Assembly: GCA_030731175.1 (NCBI GenBank)
Contig: JANQUM010000228.1
Location: forward strand, 1-27,267
Origin: Spirosomataceae bacterium
Lineage (GTDB): Bacteria; Bacteroidota; Bacteroidia; Cytophagales; Spirosomataceae
Direction of reading: 5' to 3'
Length of the DNA: 27,267 nucleotides
A program made the position numbers and the translations under genes. Shown here in pieces: positions 26,154-27,267 of the stretch; position 1 is the first letter of the stretch; each line of letters starts with the position of its first letter. A model generated the notes under the pieces. It did not search any database. It was given only the letters and a program-made list of their open reading frames with translations, and had not been told where the DNA came from.

Positions 26154-27149
26154 TCAAAACCCCCAGCTCCCACTAAAAATCCAACGTCCAATTTGGGGTA
26201 AGTAGTTGGTTCGGGAAGCGGCAAGTTGAAAGCGTTTTGTCTGAAAACGCAAGCCGTAAGATAATCCTCCGAAGCGGTTTTCTTCCCCTAAACTCATTTC
26301 TTGCGAAAGGCGGTAATTATACCCGATCATCGGAATAATTTTGTCGTTGAAAAGTAATTCCGCCCCTCCGCTCAAATGCCCTGCTACTTGCTGCGTCGTC
26401 GAGATTTTCTCCAAAATACCTTGCGGTTCTAAGCTTTCAAAGCGGTACAATTGATTTGCAGAAATCGTAAACCGAACGGGCATATATTGGGGTTTAAAAC
26501 TTGTTCCAATCAACAAATCGAATGGTAGTTGCTGCTGCACATCAGTAAAACGGCTGATTGAAAATCCGAGATTTCGGGCGGTCATTCCGAAAGTGAAATC
26601 CTTTTCGGGATGTCGAAAAACGCCACCAACGTCAAGCAAAAACGCGGTAGAATTATAAGACTCGATAAACGAAGTCACAATTTTGGCAGCTACGCCAAAA
26701 GCAATATATTTGATTTTTCTTGAATGGGCAACGGACAGTAAAGCATTCCCCGCTCCGAAAGTTTGGGTTGGATTGCCCACGGCATCAGTTCCGGCAAATT
26801 CTCCGAAGGAAATTCCCCGAAACCCGACCGCCCACTGCCTTTTTTTCTTATCCTGGAAAGCGTAACCGGCGGCTGTGTAAATTCCTTGACCGAATACGGG
26901 AGAAATTCCTACTTCGAGGTTATTATTTTGGGCGGAATCTAATAAGCCCGGGTTCTGTAAAAAGGAAAGTGGTTGTGAATTTACCAAACTTATAACATTG
27001 CTGCCGAGAGCATTTTGGGTGGCATTTGCAGGAATGCCCACGTAAGAAAACGCCGATTGCCCCTTTACCGCTCCACTATGAGCGATAAAACATGCCGTCA
27101 GCAATATTATAAGGCATCGAAACTTAAAAAAAGCAGGTGGTTGGTTCAA
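26154..27149 (-). CDS. porQ: Type IX secretion system protein PorQ (PorV/PorQ-like beta-barrel)
   Basis: AFSYVGIPANATQNALG, NPGLL, DAVGNPTQTF, DVGGVF, RNLGF, LPFDL, GYNY, GLSYG, terminal Phe; TTG start. Confidence 0.8.
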   Translation of the reverse strand: MNQPPAFFKFRCLIILLTACFIAHSGAVKGQSAFSYVGIPANATQNALGSNVISLVNSQPLSFLQNPGLLDSAQNNNLEVGISPVFGQGIYTAAGYAFQDKKKRQWAVGFRGISFGEFAGTDAVGNPTQTFGAGNALLSVAHSRKIKYIAFGVAAKIVTSFIESYNSTAFLLDVGGVFRHPEKDFTFGMTARNLGFSISRFTDVQQQLPFDLLIGTSFKPQYMPVRFTISANQLYRFESLEPQGILEKISTTQQVAGHLSGGAELLFNDKIIPMIGYNYRLSQEMSLGEENRFGGLSYGLRFQTKRFQLAASRTNYLPQIGRWIFSGSWGF

Positions 27150-27203
27150 AATTTGTTTGTTTTCAAGAAATAGAACTATCTAATCAGCAGTTACATTTTT
27201 GGC

Positions 27204-27267
27204 TTACAAATCAAACTTAATTCCTTGAGCCAAAGGCAGATCTTCTCCGTAGTTGATGGTATTTGTC
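27204..27267 (-). CDS. C-terminal fragment of a gene entering from the right edge; product unknown
   Basis: Minus frame TNTINYGEDLPLAQGIKFDL then TAA at 27204-27206, 54 nt upstream of porQ. Confidence 0.55.
   Translation of the reverse strand, partial: TNTINYGEDLPLAQGIKFDL

Noticed and set aside
738-26995. Many 60-127 aa ORFs overlapping long genes (e.g. 2071-2743, 7527-8045, 8339-8707, 9560-10076, 12017-12501, 12675-15190, 21591-22314, 24479-24786, 26683-26995)
   Set aside because: They lie within well-supported CDSs on the other strand or frame and show no recognisable motifs.
1-27267. CRISPR array, tRNA, rRNA, IS/integrase, known anti-phage defence genes
   Set aside because: No regularly spaced repeats, cloverleaf or rRNA signatures, or recombinase, transposase or defence motifs seen.

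Overview
Bacteroidetes-type chromosomal window, most consistent with Cytophagales (inferred from porQ, batD, TAnnTTTG promoter elements and lipobox proteins). It is mainly housekeeping: M28 peptidase, comA-dedA-aroE, an M43 metalloprotease, sdhCAB, valS, ycxB-like, a PyrR-like PRTase, aroC, batD, a BNR-repeat protein, pabB and porQ. I see no rRNA, tRNA, CRISPR array, integrase or transposase, and I cannot support a complete new multi-gene system. The best leads are: (1) an AT-rich 459-aa polytopic membrane gene resembling DUF6056/GT-C glycosyltransferases wedged between sdhA and sdhB; (2) a minus-strand ORF missed by the ORF track (<1..567) resembling phage Hef-like endonuclease-associated proteins, with an apparently degenerate nuclease end; (3) an AT-rich module after valS (stand-alone LytTR, degenerate T9SS-type secreted protein, 7TM-DISM kinase with lipobox, NarL-type regulator) with readable candidate operators. 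Family assignments come from motif recognition by eye, not from database searches.
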